Shown one piece after another: positions 62,165 to 64,000 of a stretch of DNA of 64,000 nucleotides. Each line of letters begins with the position of its first letter. Positions within the stretch are counted from its first letter, which is position 1. Position numbers and translations under genes: made by a program. The notes below the pieces were generated by a model that saw only the letters and a list, made by a program, of their open reading frames with translations, was not told the origin of the DNA and did not search any database. The DNA comes from Octopus bimaculoides. Its lineage: Eukaryota. The stretch is from the NCBI RefSeq assembly GCF_001194135.2, contig NC_068983.1, forward strand, positions 103,853,205 through 103,917,204. The letters run 5' to 3'.

Positions 62165-63785
62165 TTATAAACAAATTTTGAGGCTGTAAATTATGAGAAG
62201 AGTGACACACATAGGTCCTTTTTAATTTTAACTATAATTATATATTATTTATAATAATATATGGTTGGAATATTACAAAAAAATAAAAGACAAAGACAGG
62301 TGTGTAAACAACAAACAGGTGTATTAGTTTAATGCTCGGGAAGCTGAGAAAGTCTTTTATGTTTTGAGCCTACGCTCTTCAACAGAAAGGAACACAGAAA
62401 TAAACATAGAATAAAAAAGAAGGCTTTAGTAGCTAGTGGTCAATCATGGCAATTGCCATTATATGCTTCATTTAAAGCAACTAAACCTAAACAACTGACT
62501 GAAAAAAGATGGGCTGAACCACTAGGAATTGAACATGACATCAAGGATCTTTCTGATTTGATGGGCAACACTTTTCATTAATGTTTTATGTAGTATTTTT
62601 GGTACCGAAACACTTTCAAACGTCGTATACTTGTATATTTTGTGTTATAGAACAGATAAAAATTTTTGTATTCAAAGTTATTTCATGTTAAAAATTGTCT
62701 TATTTCGATAATTTCAACCAATCCCTGACGTCTATTCAGTTGAATACAGTTACTGCTGTGGCGGTGTATATGGTATTAATCCCTGTTACTCCACCAAGTG
62801 CTTCATTTCCTAGAAATAGCAGCCAAATCTTCTTCAAATCAAACTCTACCATCATTTAGAAAATGTGTTACTGAGTACACAGTACATAGAAAATTAGCGA
62901 AAAATTGTTGAACAGATTTCCNNNNNNNNNNTTTCTGTAATTTTGTCTGCTTCAAAAGAAAACAAACCAAAAAACCGGATGAAATATGTCATAATTACTA
63001 GGGAATAAGGAAATAATTAACAGCAGGGAATAACATTCTTCTCACCGGCAAAAATTATTGTTTACAAAAATAGCAGTAACTGTATTCAGCTGAATAGACA
63101 TCAGTGATTGGTTGAAATTACAGAAATACGACAACTTTGACATGAAATAACTTGCGATGTACAATTTTTTGTTAAGAAGGCTAAGAGAAAAAGTTGTTTT
63201 ATATGACACATTCTACCAGTATCCCAAGTTTGAAAGTGTTTCGTTAAGAAAACAAGTGTTGCCCGTCAAATCAGAAAGATCCGACATCAATCCTTTCATT
63301 GCACCATATGCACCCAATTCATCCATATAGCCCTCCCAGCAATTTCAGTCAATTTTAATGTATAGATAATTTTAGTCAAGAATATATATTTTTAATTCGT
63401 AAACAAACCTGAAGGCTGTAAATTACAGAGAAGAGCAACACACATAAGCCCTTTTTAATGATAACTATAATTATATATTATTTATAATAATATATGCCCT
63501 ATTTAAAGTGACTAAAATTAAACAATTGACAGAAAAAAGATGGGCCGAACCACTGGGAATTGAACATTACGGAGAAGAGCGACACACATAAATCTTTTTA
63601 TTTATTTATATGTGTAAATGAATACATTGTATAAATATATTGTGTCGCTCTTCTCCGTAATTTACAACCTTCATGTTTGTTTACAAATCTATAAATAAAT
63701 ATTCTAGACTAAAATTATCTATACATTAAAATTGGCCCAGCTTTTTATAGACAATTGTTTAGGTTTAGTAGCTTTAAATGGAACA
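62165..63785. repeat. Modular foldback-like structure (nested direct and inverted modules)
   Basis: 62545-62758 inverted with 63070-63292; 62170-62537 direct with 63400-63567; 63345-63440 inverted with 63640-63742. Confidence 0.8.
62263..62460 (-). mobile_element. Penelope-type short repeat inserted in the foldback module
   Basis: Absent from the uninterrupted copy at 63400-63567; homologous to 24815-24990; hammerhead-like CTTT-CTGTTGA-A-GAGC(GTAG)GCTC-AAAACATA-AAAG; TATATG at both junctions. Confidence 0.7.
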
Positions 63786-64000
63786 TCATCATCATCATCA
63801 TCATCATCGTTTATCGTCCGCTTTCCATGCTAGCATGGGTTGGACGATTTGACTGAGGACTGGTGAAACCGGATGGCAACACCAGGCTCCAATCTAATTT
63901 GGCAGAGTTTCTACAGCTGGATGCCCTTCCTAACGCCAACCACTCAGAGAGTGTAGTGGGTGCTTTTACATGTCACCCGCACGAAGGCCAGTCAGGCGGT
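63785..64000 (-). mobile_element. SINE-D, young, runs off window
   Basis: (CAT)n CGTTTATCGTCCGCTTTCCATGCTAGCATGGGTTGG...GGATGCCCTTCCTAACGCCAACC. Confidence 0.9.

Noticed and set aside
62467-63777. Kolobok-like element bounded by TTAA|AG...CT|TTAA
   Set aside because: Similarity between copies extends outside the TTAA (GCTTCAT/GCCCTAT/GTTCCAT), so TTAA is internal to module B rather than a target duplication.

Overview
AT-rich, repeat-saturated eukaryotic (animal) scaffold with about ten large N-gaps, most flanked by (TA)n. The SINE complement and microsatellite load resemble an octopus genome (inference from family recognition; no search run). I recognise no intact host gene: nearly all ORF-track entries are microsatellite, N-gap or antisense-TE artefacts. 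Contents: (i) about 45 SINE copies or fragments in five families, given local labels here. SINE-A has a tRNA-like head plus a CORE-like block. SINE-B has a tRNA-like head, an internal TA/TG microsatellite and a GTAAAAGA tail. SINE-C has a Nin/Deu-like core. SINE-D and SINE-E share an AGGAAGGGCATCC core and an RTE-like (GAT)n tail. (ii) Decayed LINEs: RTE, R4/Dong-like RLE type, and L1/Tx1. (iii) Three Penelope-like (PLE) coding remnants plus four short PLE-type terminal repeats with minimal hammerhead-ribozyme folds. (iv) Mariner and DD37D/maT transposon fossils, piggyBac-type and unclassified MITEs, and a cleanly delimited non-autonomous Helitron. (v) Local structures: a circularly permuted R4-like fragment, a 142-bp inverted duplication, a ~350-bp tandem array and a 1.6-kb modular foldback. 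The most interesting items are the hammerhead variants, the permuted LINE and the foldback.
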